A stretch of DNA of 64,000 nucleotides, taken from Geosiphon pyriformis uo1 (Eukaryota; Fungi; Glomeromycota). Made by a program: the position numbers and the translations under genes. The first letter of the stretch is position 1. Every line of letters begins with the position of its first letter. Below the pieces are notes generated by a model. That model had not been told where the DNA came from, ran no database searches, and saw only the letters and a program-made list of their open reading frames with translations. The DNA lies in contig JAAOMT010000570.1 of NCBI GenBank assembly GCA_016748015.1, positions 438,043 through 502,042 of the forward strand, in the 5' to 3' direction. Positions 49,867 to 62,855 of the stretch are shown here, in pieces.

Positions 49867-50032
49867 ATTAAATTAAAACTATATTAATAATTTTATTTAT
49901 TTATTAAATTGATATTTTGATTATTTAAAAAATGTATTGTTAAATATTCTTATTTGAAGTAAAAAATATATTTAATTAAAAAATATACCATTTTTCCCTA
50001 AATGATTAGCGCTAAAAAAGTTTTTTATGTTC

Positions 50033-50083
<51 letters not shown>
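50033..50083. repeat. (TCA)17 microsatellite
   Basis: Perfect trinucleotide run. Confidence 0.97.
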
Positions 50084-51025
50084 AGGCAATTCACGAGGTT
50101 CAATGAAATTTGGGAAAGTATAAAGTTTCAGTTTCAATGATTTTCATGCTGAAAATGGTGTTTTCCCAAAGAGTCATAGCAAAAATCAATTGTCCCGCCA
50201 AACAGTTCAAAATCAATCGGATTAATAATATGTCAAAATGTGATCGTTTTTTCAGTTTTTTTTTTCAGTTTTATTTTCAGGAGCCGAATTAATTTATGAT
50301 AATGGTGAAAATTGACGTCATCGTTTCAAAGCCCAAAATAATTTAATTTTAAACCCAAAAGTGATTTGATAAATGAAGTTTTTAATTGCTGGGAAAACGT
50401 GTCATAATTTTTAATTGAATCCGCCTAATTCTTCAATTATGGCGGCGCGGCGTAATATCAGACAGTGATTTACACATTGCATTTTTCCAGATCTTCTGAT
50501 TGAGTTTTTGAAAAATTTGTAATTCGAGTTCATTTTCCTCATTAATAATTGACATATCAGGAATGCCCGTCCATTGATTGCTTACTGTTTTAGCATCATT
50601 GAACGCAACGCACAGAGGGTTCATTATCTTTTATTTATAGCATTTAAATCATAAATTTGAAAATATGTAGAACCATCAAGAACGAATGGTGTAATGGGTA
50701 ATGGTATAACAAACGAATCGAAAAATTGTTTTCCCACGTTTACCAGGATAATAATTGATATGACATACTATTTCCATGTTGTATACTAAAACTCAAGATT
50801 TTTGTTTTTTGAAAGAAAATTTTTACAAGTTGACTCACGTATATGATAATTGCCTGCGGCAGGAGGATATTAATTAAATTACAAAATAGTTATATATTTT
50901 TTCTAATGTACAAAAAAAGCAAAAGGAAATGAGATAACCAAAAAAAGGTTACAATGTCCACCATAATTCTCAAATTTTCAAAGAGCCGAGACTAGGGTAA
51001 AAGGCACATTTTTCTCGAGTCAGAT

Positions 51026-52535
51026 TCAATTCTTGAAGCCCCATATTTCCAATCCTAAACATTCGAAATTTGGTGAGGATGATAAGGTCTCATTATCAAA
51101 GGTATCACAATGATCTGAATGCCCTCTCTCCAAATCTGAATCAATCCAAAGACCAACCCGTCCATCTCTATAGGTGTGAAAATTTTGTTAAAGTAAAACG
51201 AAGCTTATAATCAAATATTTGAAAAACAAAATTAATTGACTGACCCTCCACCTATAGCCACATAATCATGTTCGCTAAAGATAAGGTATTCATTACGACC
51301 AGTCCATAGGTAAAACCTAACGGGAAGTTTTGAAGATGTTGGATCTTGATCATTATGTTTTGTGCATTTCCACAAAAAGCTAGAGATATTATGAAAATAA
51401 GATAAATGGTTTATTCGTAAACTTTATAATCATATCAGAAAAGATCTTTAAGATGAATAATGTTATTGTACCATTCCCCATTTCCATAGTAAGATGGTCG
51501 TGGTTTGAAAGGTTCAGTGACAAAAGCTCCAAATACCTAGTAAGGCAGAATTGGATTTTGTTAATTTGAAATATGTTATTAAAATAGGAAAAAAAAAAAA
51601 GAAAATATTTTTTTACCTGATTTTCTTCATCCTTTATTGCCAATATCAATGGACCTTTATCTTTTATATTATAATACATTGTAGTCATACTTGTACCATC
51701 TTGGTCAATGCTATAGAGCAAGGTCCATGCGGGTTCTAATCTAAGACGACGGGGAAGTTGTTGTCTAATCTAGAAGAAAGGTTTTTCCATGACATTAAAT
51801 CACATGGGAAACATTTTATTATAAGCAAGGAAACAAGAAAGCAACCAATGAACCAACCTGTTCAGCTATGTTTGTATCTAATACGGGATCAGTGTCTGGT
51901 TTTCTATTAAAAAGTTTTACGGGTGACATTTTTTCCTCTGGTGCTATCAATTCTGGAACTTCTTGAGGTGGTGTCAAAGTTAAGTTAGAAGGTGAAGAAT
52001 TTTGAGATTCCCAGTCACCAAACAAAGTACTAGCAACAGTTGGAGATTCTTTTAAAGAGGAACGAGATTTAATGGTTGTAGTCAACAAGCTTATTGGATT
52101 TGGAACTGCCTTTGGAACCATAGTAGGAAGTGTACTTTGCGAAAATTTCTTGGGTCGCCAAGAAATATTTGCCAATTTTTGTGAAAAAGCCGTATTGAAA
52201 AAATCTTGAGCAGGAGGGGAAAAAGTATAACAGAGAACTGGGGAATTATTTAATGAAGTAGTATAATTATCACGACCGACAATGTCCCAGAAAAGTTGGT
52301 CAGAACTTTTTTTCAAGATGTCTTTTTTAACACGAGGAATAGTATTACGTGAATTATAAGGTTTGTTATATAAGTCGGTGTTATAATGGTTAGTAGAAGT
52401 TGATTGACTTCTTCTTGTTGAAGGCTTATCCTTATAAGTAGAACAAGAATCATAAAAGTTTATAGAAGTTGTTGTCGTGGTCGTTGAGGGAGGAATAATT
52501 GGAAAGTTGGTTTGGTTAAACCTCATTTTTGACAT
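51026..52535 (-). CDS. OXR1: TLDc-domain oxidation resistance protein, 5 exons
   Basis: Exons ~52535-51858, 51769-51617, 51536-51472, 51379-51245 and 51167-51026 with GT-AG introns. Motifs WTLLYSIDQDGTS, VFGAF, YYGNGECFLW, AIGGGDGRVGLWID and LEIWGF. Confidence 0.9.
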
Positions 52536-52980
52536 TATTTTAATTATAAAAAAAAAGTTGGGTAAAAAGAAAATTAGGAGACTTACAACTAATTTTTTTT
52601 TAAAAAAAAAAATTCAGACTGGTGGCCCTCAGCTTTTTAGCGGTTTTTTCGTGAACCGTGAACAAGGAGGTACATAATAATACCAGAAATCCAAACACAG
52701 ACACAGACACAGATACAGGGTAAACTGCGAAAGATAAAAAAAAAAACTATGATAAAAATGAAGTGAGGCGGGACCAAAGTAGTGATTATAAAAAAGTATT
52801 TTTAATGTTTGAAGTCAAAAAATTGGAAAGATGTAGAACATTTGAAAAAAAATCCCACGACTAAGACAAGAAAAGGTCAAACGAAATTTATATATTAGAT
52901 TTAAGGGAAACAATTAAATCATCTGCGGTCAAAGTTTATATCATTATGATTAGCAAAAAGTTGAATGTGGAATCAATATT

Positions 52981-52987
52981 CATATAC

Positions 52988-53029
<42 letters not shown>

Positions 53030-53034
53030 GTATA
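52981..53034. repeat. (TA)n microsatellite with CATATA/TATATG flanks (palindromic)
   Basis: Direct reading. Confidence 0.9.
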
Positions 53035-53364
53035 TTGTAAACTTTTTTGGCTATTTATATTAGGAGTCGATGCATAAATTTCAATCTAGTGAACGTTTAT
53101 ATAATCACTGCTAAATGTTGACCCTGCTTGCTCCATTTCACACTATTTTATAGTGATATCACGAGGTTAAATGAGGTGAGATTTACAAATTATTTAACTG
53201 AATGGCCTAATTCTGACTAAAACGAAAAATACGCCTAACCAATTAACCTTCCTTTCCATTTATCCGTTAAACGTCTAGTCATTCAAATATTCGATTTTTT
53301 AATAACACGCACACACACGTGAGCGATTTTCGATTGCATAGATTTTTTTTTAACAATGTATGTA

Positions 53365-54497
53365 CAATATCCCCAAAAAAGTAACGCTCGATTCGATACT
53401 TTTTCTGATTTACTTAATTTTTTACGATTTATGCACCCAAAAAATAAAAAAATTACTTCTAATTAATACTTTATCGGGGCCTCAATTTGACTCTAATACT
53501 GCTTGGCGTTTGAAGGTAATAGCTTCTTCCAGAACAGAGGTATCAAATTTCTCCCATTCTTCCTTTAGCGCAAATTTTTAAGTTCGACCACACACTTTTG
53601 GGGAAAGACTTTAATATTTTTGGATATTGTCCTTTGAACAGCTTCCAAATAAATGTTCTCGATTGGATTCAGATCTGGCGAATTCGATAGTCGTAATTTT
53701 ATTTTCAGTTAACCATTTCTTGATATTTCCCGCAGTATAGATCGGCGCATTAACTTGCTGAAAAATTACGTACCTTCCCAGTTAACAGGTTAATTGCTCT
53801 CTTAAATGGAAACAAGTTGGCTTTTTTAAGATTTCAAGGCATTTATTCTTTCACCATTTTTTTTTTTAGTATTTCATCACAAAAATACTAATGGTTCTTT
53901 TAATCCTCCCCAAACCATTATGGATTTTCGTCCACTTTTGAAAGTAAAGACTAAGGGATTAGCAATCAAACTTTTCTCCAGTGTGGCGCTAAACTCTTGG
54001 CTGTCTTGATTGCTTCCCAATTTCTACACTCGTGTCTCATCAGAGAAGACAATCGTAAAGCGGTTTTATTTTTCTTTTCCTCACATCACCTAACTCCTAA
54101 CACAATTATAAGCATGTGTTTCCTAGATATACATGAGTGAAGTCCAGAGTTGTAGAGCACATTTGCGACAGTTGATAAATTACGTTTTAGACCAAAATTG
54201 GTTACAATTTCGTGAAGTGGTGCATGTCGTTTTTCTTTGTTTTTCGTGGTTGCCAAGAATTTTTTGGTCTTCCAGAACTTTGTAAGTTTTCACTTTTTCC
54301 TGTTCTTTGATACTTTTCAATAAAGCGCCTTATTATTATTGTGAATACACGTCCAAGAATTTTTGTGTTTTTTAGCGAGGAATTTATGGTTTCCATGCAT
54401 GTCGGAATCTTTCCTTTGTCAATTTCTTTTAACTGTGTACGAGTGGGTGCCTTTTTTTTTTGAGGAGGGGGAGGAGAGGGGAGGGGAGGGGGTACTG
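53365..54497 (-). mobile_element. Tc1/mariner DNA transposon relic
   Basis: Minus-strand fragments SGRPK, IVFSDETR, KSIMVWG, IFQQVNAPIYTA and NSPDLNPIEN. Imperfect termini CAATATCCCCAAAAAA / CAGTACCCC...CAAAAAA, each flanked by TA. Confidence 0.82.
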
Positions 54498-54616
54498 TAC
54501 ATTACTGCACGATATTCTATGATTTGAAATAATGAATATTAGTACATGTATAACATTTTCAAAGGTGGAGTTTAAAATAAATATATTCTATTCATTTATA
54601 TATATATATATATATA

Positions 54617-54756
54617 GACGAATGGAGGTATTTTGTGGCAAAATTAATAATTTGTGACAGGTGATAAAAAATGCCATTTTGTACAAGTGAGAAAATGGCA
54701 TACTTTCACGCGTCTTATTTCTCACACGCGAATTTTGCCACAACACTCTATTCGCC
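54617..54756. repeat. 140-bp imperfect fold-back (MITE-like) element
   Basis: Outer arms GACGAATGGAG..TTGTGGCAAAATT / AATTTTGCCACAA..CTCTATTCGCC; inner arms ATGCCATTTT / AAAATGGCAT. Confidence 0.65.
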
Positions 54757-55249
54757 ACAATATCCCCTTTTACCTTATAAGCTAAAATAGTATGGGAGCT
54801 TTATTTTTTAAAAAAAAGTTTAATTTTAATCGACGATTTTTGATTTGTTAGATAAAATGAAATCTAAAAACCACTCTGTTATTCTCTAATATTATGATGA
54901 ATATATGATCACATTCAAAAAAAATATATTTAACCTTTTTAATTGATTGTAAATTTTATTTTTATTCTCTTTTTTCGCAGAGAAACACCATTAAATGTAA
55001 TCAAGTCGTCAAAATTTCACAAAAAAAAATATAAAAAGGAACATCCATGGGAATCTCACAAAAGTGTAAATCACAAGCTTTTTTTACCCAAAATAAGTTA
55101 CACCCTGTTTCTAAAAACTTGAAAGTTACTCTTCCCCTCAGGATATCATTCACCGGTAATCCAAAAATTACAATAAAATTATAACTTGGTACAATAATCC
55201 TTTACCTCTCTATAAATCTATTTGTAAAAACATTTCTCAAATCTTTCTT

Positions 55250-55806
55250 CTACCCAATAAAATTGACGACGAAAAAGTGAAGCAATACACTACAAAATAC
55301 GAAATCTGCGAATGCTCTAATTTTTAAAGTTTGACGGATTCGCGTGTGAATAAAAATTATGATATAGACTTTTGCTCGATAAAATTTTTATTTTTATAAT
55401 AAAATAAAAAATACAAACCTTTCAGGAGAGATAGTCTTGAACTCGCTAACATTTTGCAAATTAGTCTGTATACGTAAACCAGCTAATTTCATCATAAAAA
55501 GAAAAATATAAATAAAGTTAATGGACAAACTTCATGTGATCCTGAAGTCAGACTCACCATCCAATTTAAAAAACTAAATCGAATTTTTCCTCACTCACCA
55601 GCTAATACAAATTGCCCCACAGTCGCTATGAAACCAGCCAAGAATGCGTTATATGGATAAGTTCCCACTAAGCAAACGTACAAAAATTGGACAACCCCCG
55701 ACATAAGGATAAACGTCATATAGACATCAATGAGTTTGAGGTTTTGTGGTGTGTCCTTATTATAGGAACCAAGGAGTTTCTCTACAACAGGTCCTAACGA
55801 TGGCAT
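55250..55806 (-). CDS. OST2: Oligosaccharyltransferase subunit OST2/DAD1, 3 exons
   Basis: TPQNLKLID...VGTYPYNAFLAGF...GQFVLA|AGLRIQ...ISPER|AFADFVFCSVLLHFFVVNFIG*. Confidence 0.95.
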
Positions 55807-56126
55807 ACTTTCGAAAGGGAAAATAAGTGACTTGGTGTTAAAATAAAGGAAAACCAACTTATTATTAGCCTCCCAAAACTTTTGGCTTGGCGATAAACTT
55901 TCAAATTCCCAGATAAAAAATTAAATACCTGTGTCACCCTTGTATCTTAAAGTTTTATAAATTGTGATGGAGCTTTTTGGTTGGCTAGAAATTTAGCATA
56001 TTATCCAAGATAAATATTCAAAATATTTTCTTTTACTTTCTTGAGCGAGATCAAATCGTTTCAGAGTTTTCTCTAAAGTCCAAAAACGTCTTTCCAACAT
56101 CTTACCCCCCATCAAAAGCTGCCAAT

Positions 56127-56729
56127 ATGAGGTTGGCCAAAAAAATTTTCCCTCAATATGAAACTTTACTTGCATCTATTTTTATTTAATTGGGGGTTTT
56201 TTTTAGTACCAGTCTTTCTGGAAAGTCAAAAGCCGAAATGACCGAAGAAGAGCTCAAACAGCTAGAGGAACACGAGTTCAACACTGGTCCGTTGTCAGTA
56301 TTACAACAATCGGTTAAAAATAATACCCAAATATTGATCAACTGTCGAAATAATCGAAAATTACTTGCTCGAGTCAAAGCTTTTGATAGACACTGCAATA
56401 TGGTGCTAGAGAACGTAAAAGAAGTGAGTAGAAGGATTCATTAGGGAAAGCTATCGTTAATTGATCATCAAACTCATTTTAATTTCAAACTTGTTCCCAT
56501 TCTATCCTACACACAGATGTGGACCGAAACACCAAAGACCGGGAAAGGTAAGAAATCGAAGCCAGTTAACAAAGATCGTTTTATCAGTAAGATGTTCTTA
56601 CGTGGTGATTCCGTCATTCTTGGTGAGTAACTCGGTGTATATTTTATGAAACCTAATTGATTTAAAATATTTATTTATGTAACTTAATCGTGAAATATTC
56701 CATTCATAGTACTTCGAAATACAGTATAG
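56127..56729 (+). CDS. SMD2: Small nuclear ribonucleoprotein Sm D2, 4 exons
   Basis: Exons 56127-56131, 56207-56423, 56517-56622 and 56710-56729. [10 protein letters not shown]...[19 protein letters not shown]...[12 protein letters not shown]. Confidence 0.95.
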
Positions 56730-57240
56730 GATGTAAGAAATTTTATTATTTTTATTTTTTCCTATCTGTTTTGTTCTTTTGTCTTTTTTTTTATTGGCAA
56801 AAAAAAAGGTAAAGTATTACGATGGATGGGTGTTAGAAATTTCCTAAAACCTTCTTTGAAGCTTTTGGATTCGGTAAAACTCCCTTTATATCAGAAATCT
56901 GACTCCAAATATGGATTGGAATGTGTCGGCTGGGCTCGAACTTTTGAAAGATTTAGCTTTTAAAAGATTTATTGTTGATTGCTGAAAATAAATTGCAGAT
57001 TTGATGGAATGAGAAATATTTTATGTTTTTCGAGACATAATTATAGAGTTTTTTGGATCTATTCAGCTAATTCGTCTTTGATTATGTACGCTATCTTTCG
57101 CATTTTTTAAAAAGTTTAGCCTATTCTATTTTAACTGGATAAAAGTTTGAACCCGTGATCTAACAAAATTAAGTCAAATCTTTTTGTCGTATGTAAACCC
57201 GACGATCCCAGTGCACGTTTCATAGATCCACTTTTTCTCA

Positions 57241-58394
57241 ATGGATTCAGTATTGCTAGCAAATCGATTTCTGTTCGCGATACCTAAAAAAGGTAGATTG
57301 CATGACAAATGTCTCGAAATATTACGTGGGGCAGACATTGTCTTTCACCGGCACAGTCGTCTCGACATCGCACTTGTGCAAAACTTTCCAATTGCTCTAA
57401 TTTTCCTTCCTGCCGTTGACATTGCCAAGTTTGTAGGTGAGGGTAACGTTGACCTTGGCATAACAGGTCAGGACATGTTAGCAGAGGCTGAAGTTAATGA
57501 AAAAGTGGAAGAAATTTTAGAATTGGGATTTGGAAAATGTAAACTACAAGTTCAAGTACCCGAAAATGGGAAAATCACAACGGTAGAGGAATTATGTGGT
57601 AAAAGAATAGTGACAAGTTTTAAAACGTTGGCTACCAAGTTTTTCAATGACTTGGATCAAGAAAATTTGTCAAAAGCAGAATTAATCGAAGGAAAGGTCA
57701 CTCGTATTAGATATATCACTGGTAGTGTTGAAGCTGCTTGCACGTTAGGATTGGCTGATGGTATAGGTTAGAAATTTTGATTATGAATTATTAAAGAATT
57801 TTAAATTAAACATGCATGAAATGATTTATTAATTTCTAAAAATTTCTCCATCATCTCTGAATTTTCGATTTCCCGACTTGTTAAAATGGTGATTATATTG
57901 ATTTTGAGGATAGTTGATTTAGTTGGTGCGTAACAAATCCCTATTCTCCAGAAAAAAATTTTGATTCAAATCATATTAATATTTATTTTTAATTATCATC
58001 TCCGAATCAAAAAAAAATAGAGTCCGGTGAAACAATGAAAGCAGCTGGACTTCACCCAATTAGCACTATTCTAACCACGCAAGCGGTTCTAATTAGAAAT
58101 AAAAAATGTTCAAACCCAGATCTCGTAACGAAAATAACATCTCGTATTCGTGGTGTGATAGCCGCGCAAAAATATGTCCTACTCAACTATAACATATTAC
58201 GCGTAAAACTCAAGGAGGCCACAAGAATCACTCCTGGTCGTCAAGCTCCCACGATAAGCTCATTGGAGGATCCTAATTGGGTGGAATTACAGTCGATGGT
58301 TGAAAAAGCTAAAGTCGCTGAATTGATGGATCAACTTGAGACTATTGGTGCCAGAGATATTTTAGTATTCAATATCAATAATTGTAGAGTATGA
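57241..58394 (+). CDS. HIS1: ATP phosphoribosyltransferase, 3 exons
   Basis: FAIPKKGRL, DLGITGQD, GSVEAAC and ADGIVDLVESGETMKAAGL (via 12-nt exon 57914-57925); fungal-type C-terminus NCRV*. Confidence 0.96.
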
Positions 58395-58966
58395 AATTTT
58401 TCTATGATTCTAATCAATTCCGATATACATATAGAATTTTCGATCAGCTGGATAATCACGATTGTAATAAAAAATTCCATTATACATGTACAGTGAATAT
58501 TATCCTTATGATCGCTAATATTTTATCAAACAAATTTTTTTTAAAACGTATATAAAAAAACCAAAAATTTCAAATATAAATTTAATTAATAAATTTTTAT
58601 TACAAACATTTAAAAAAACAAATATATAATAAAATGAAATGAAATGAAAATCCTTTTGATTTTGATTTTTTATATATAATAAAAATCATCAATTTTATAT
58701 ATTAAAATTTTATCATTAATTGTTATTATTTGTTTTTAATTTAAAAAGATATAATAATAATAATAATAATATAGTTAATTGATTTTTTTAATATATTAAA
58801 AATTATTATAATATTAAAACTTATATATGTATATCAATTATTTATGCAAATCATAATAAAAAACGATTTTTTGTGTGTTGAAATCAGATAAAAATATTAA
58901 TTAGGTTGCCGATCGTAGAGAACTTTCACCCAAAATTTTGTTCCACCTTTGATTTGAATTTGTACC

Positions 58967-61900
58967 ATGAGCTCTTCAAATACCCCAAAAAGTAGAAAAC
59001 ATGGAAAAGAAGAAAGGGACCAAGGACCCAGTAAGAAATTAAAAAAAGGCAAGTTATAAATTGAAAAGCTCTATAAAGTGATCCTTTCATTATCGGAATC
59101 ATATTAAATACTTCAACTTCATAACAGATTATATTGCTATCAATAGAAGCATAGAGACACAACTTGATCAACTAGCAGGAACCAGCACAACTGGTACGTT
59201 TTGTTACTATGTCTGTTCAAAACTGAGATATCAAGACAAAATATACTTTACCTTAGTATCTAGTCTCGTTTATAATTATCCCTCATTCCCGTCAAAAATT
59301 ATGGGTCTATTGTTTGAGAATAGCCCAATTTTCACACTATTCATTCACTAGCATCCGAGAAATAACAATTTATCTCGGATTCTGGAAATAATCTGTTATT
59401 CCTTGAAATTCAGAAAAAAAATTCTACAGATTAGATAAAAATTACTTCAAATATGTAAAAAGTTGTACAATCTCAAATTAAGGCTTCATTTGGCTATTTT
59501 CCCTAATTCTATTGTGATTCCCTTTAAATAATCATGCTTAGGCATTAGAAATGCACCGCGAACAGTTAAAATAGTGGAGTTTGCAGAGGTTTGTCATTTC
59601 ATGATTTGCATTTTATTTTTCTTCCACTTAATCACTTCATAAAACCTTGTAAATTTAATAGGCACGTGCATTTGAAATCAACGCAATGAATGAGGCATTG
59701 GAGCGGAGCAGGTTGGTTGAATTTTCACAGCAATGGGAAATGTTGATCTTAGGAATCTCCTATTTACTGTTGAATATTCTATTTGGCTTATAATTTTTTT
59801 TTATAAAGACAGGCGAAAAACATTAAAGCATCACAATCGCTTCCATCCCATTTACGGAGACGAGCTGCTAGTCATAATGTAAAGCGACTGCCAGTACGTC
59901 TTCGGGAAAAGGCTCGAGAAGAGGTGTGTGAAAATTTATAATCAAGGTCATCTGTGGCTATCTCGGTGAATTATAAAGTTTGACTTCTTTTCAATATTTC
60001 TCCATTAGATGGAGCAAAATAATACCAAACCCAAGCCGGCAAGTAGAAGAAAGAAAAGGTACCCCGGTACATTGACTGAGGAATATACCAGGCGACAAGG
60101 TAGAAAAAGAAACCATCGTTTCAACATGAATCATGTGCTTTTTTTTTGAGACTTGTTCAACTAATTTTGATCCTTATCAATCTAAGCCACCAAAAGGTGG
60201 TTAGAGACACATATATGGCACACCAAAAGAATGAAGATGATTGAAATCTGGGGCTATAGATTGGTATTTATCTTAATGAATCTCATCAATAATAACCGAA
60301 GACGTTTATTAAAAAAATCACAACATTTAGCTTTGTCACCCTAACAGGCAGAGCATCCTAGCGAAAAAAGTATCAAGGCTTCTTATCGAGCTAGCTCGCA
60401 TTTATCAATTATTCATGATGCCTCTTATTTTGGATGGATTAAGTTAACCGGGGAAGCGACTGCCCTAATTTTTTTATTAAATTCCGTCACCGATCCCACT
60501 TCTCCGTCAGTAGGAAGTGAAAGGTATCTTCAATCGAGATACATTTTTCCTTTCAATCATAAATCCGATGTCATTCATCATTAATTATAATTAACAGATA
60601 TCTCAATGGTCAACGACATTATTCCAACTACTTGTACGCTTACGCGAAATATCCTACTGATTTAGTCGCGCCCATTGACTTAATATGGCAACCCAAGTTA
60701 GATGATGACGTCACGCGAAAAATTTTGATATGGATTCATCCATCAGCATTTGAAGAAGCCCTTCAGATATTGAATGATGCTATAGAACATTTAGGATTAA
60801 AAAAGGGTAAATTATAATGGAAAATTGATTCTAACTTCTCATTCTCTAAAGCATGATAAATATTTCAGCGATAACGTTGGAAAATTTGCAAAATGAATTT
60901 TTGATGTTCGAATTGACCGGTCCAAGATCTACTGCATTGCTACAAACGGTTCTGAATGTATGTGAAGAACTTACTCAATCTGAGAAACACCAATTCAATG
61001 CCCCTCGAATCAATTTAGAGTCCAATAAGGCATGCCATCATCATATTTATCACATGATATATTTTCGTGATGCCTATCCTCCTGACTTTCATCCTTCTCA
61101 AGGCTTGGAAAGCTTTAAGAGATTTACGCACTTCTGCATCATTACCTCCTGGTGTGGTTCTTGGATTAACGATTCATGATCCTCGACTAAGGTATCTAAA
61201 TTAAAATTCACACTTTTTCATGCGATGACCTTTCTAAATGCCTTTTTCGTTTCTCAGTTTTCCCAACAAAGTCCCACCTCGTTCTAATGCCATCTCCGAT
61301 GTTTCCCATCAAGAATTAATTCAAATCTTGGCTAATTGGCCAAATGAGGTGGCATTATCAGATATCTGGGATGATGGAAAAAGGAAATGTCTGAAGGAAA
61401 ATAAAATTTCTGATGGAGACTTAAATAAAAGAAGGAGCGCAGTAAGTTTTATACCTAGCTCTTGCGAAGAAAGTGATTTATTTTGTAAAACATCAATTAT
61501 AACAGTTGTCCTCTCGCTTGATTATTCTAATCTGGTAAACAAAGAACCTAATACCTGGGCAAAAATTAGAACCGCTTCCAGAGGATGCCAAGATACCAAT
61601 TTTGTTAATTCAAAGGGGAATAATTGGGCTTCAAAACCGCCAATTCCCTTCAGAATATCCAAATGGTTGGAATATAGTTATTCCTAGTGGATGGGGGATG
61701 TCCCTATGGAAAAGTTTCATATTCGCTGGTGCATGGGTTGGAGGTACTAGTCAACTTAATTTGAACTTTACAGCTCCTTGATTTTCCGCTTGCATATTCC
61801 TCTAATTCTCTCTTAGGACTTCGAGAACGGCACAATCACCATTTTGAAGCAGGCTTATCTTGCTTTCCTTACGATTTCCCTGGGACAAAAGCATTCCACA

Positions 61901-62834
61901 TCCATGCCCTCTCCGAAAAAGCGAAAGCTGAGGATTCTTACAGAAAACATCCACCTGCTAAACGACCCAATTATACAAAGCTTCAGGTGCCTTTTCCTTT
62001 TGAGACGCCGTTTGAGAACCTTTTGGGGCTATCGACAGCAGTTCCTGATGAAGCCTTGCAAGAAAGTGAGAAACCAGCTGTTGAACAAACGTGGATCCTT
62101 CAGGGCGATAAAAATTTAGAATTGCTTAGGAACCCAATGACTGATTCTAATCAACTCCATGAACTTCATCAAAAGTTAACAACCCATTTCATAGAGAAAA
62201 TGATCCTTCGTGTGAAGACCTTTAACGATGATGGTTTTATGATAAATTTATCCAAAGCGCTTGTTCGCGTAAGGATTACTCTACGTCCAAGAGGAGTAGT
62301 TAGTTCAAACGCAATAATATATAAGGCTGATAAAAAGTCGCTCAATTTTTGGGCTAACAAACAATTGAATAGTAAAAAGTCACAATACAACTATTCAGTG
62401 GGATCCGAAGATGAATCAGCCGAAGTTAATAGGGTAACGTGATCCTTTTGCAAGTTATATTGTCGTATCGATGTCTTACGGTTATTTCAACTCTGCGTAT
62501 TAGATTCCCCCAGCCTCTGATATAATTGGTTATATTACGACTGGCCAATACTCTTTCCATCAAGGGCATGGATTTGCTATTGGATGTTGTTCTCTCACGA
62601 TGGTTCATAATCTTCTGCAATCTCACACTGTGTAAGTTGTTTGATTTTGGATTAAGAGTATGAGATTGATAAATTTTATAATTCGTATCTTATACTTTAC
62701 ATTTTATTTTGAATAATTAAATATGGCTCGAACATAACAGAGATCGGGGAGCCAAGGGAAGCAACAATTTTGTTCTTGTGAGAAAAACCACTAGTTCTTG
62801 CTGTAAGCTTGCTACCCTTGACCTTTTGACATAG
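58967..62834 (+). CDS. POP1: RNase P/MRP protein subunit Pop1, multi-exon
   Basis: ARAFEI, QSLPSHLRRRAASHNVKRLP, WLETHIWHTKRMKM...WGYRL, IHDASY, FELTGP, FEAGLSCFPYDFP and IGYITTGQYS. Start and first two exons are less certain. Confidence 0.92.
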
Positions 62835-62855
62835 AAGTTCCTATTTAAAATTTTC

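Noticed and set aside
50433-50624. 63-aa ORF between the TE boundary and OXR1
   Set aside because: No recognisable motif or supporting exon structure. It cannot be supported without expression data, though it is not excluded.
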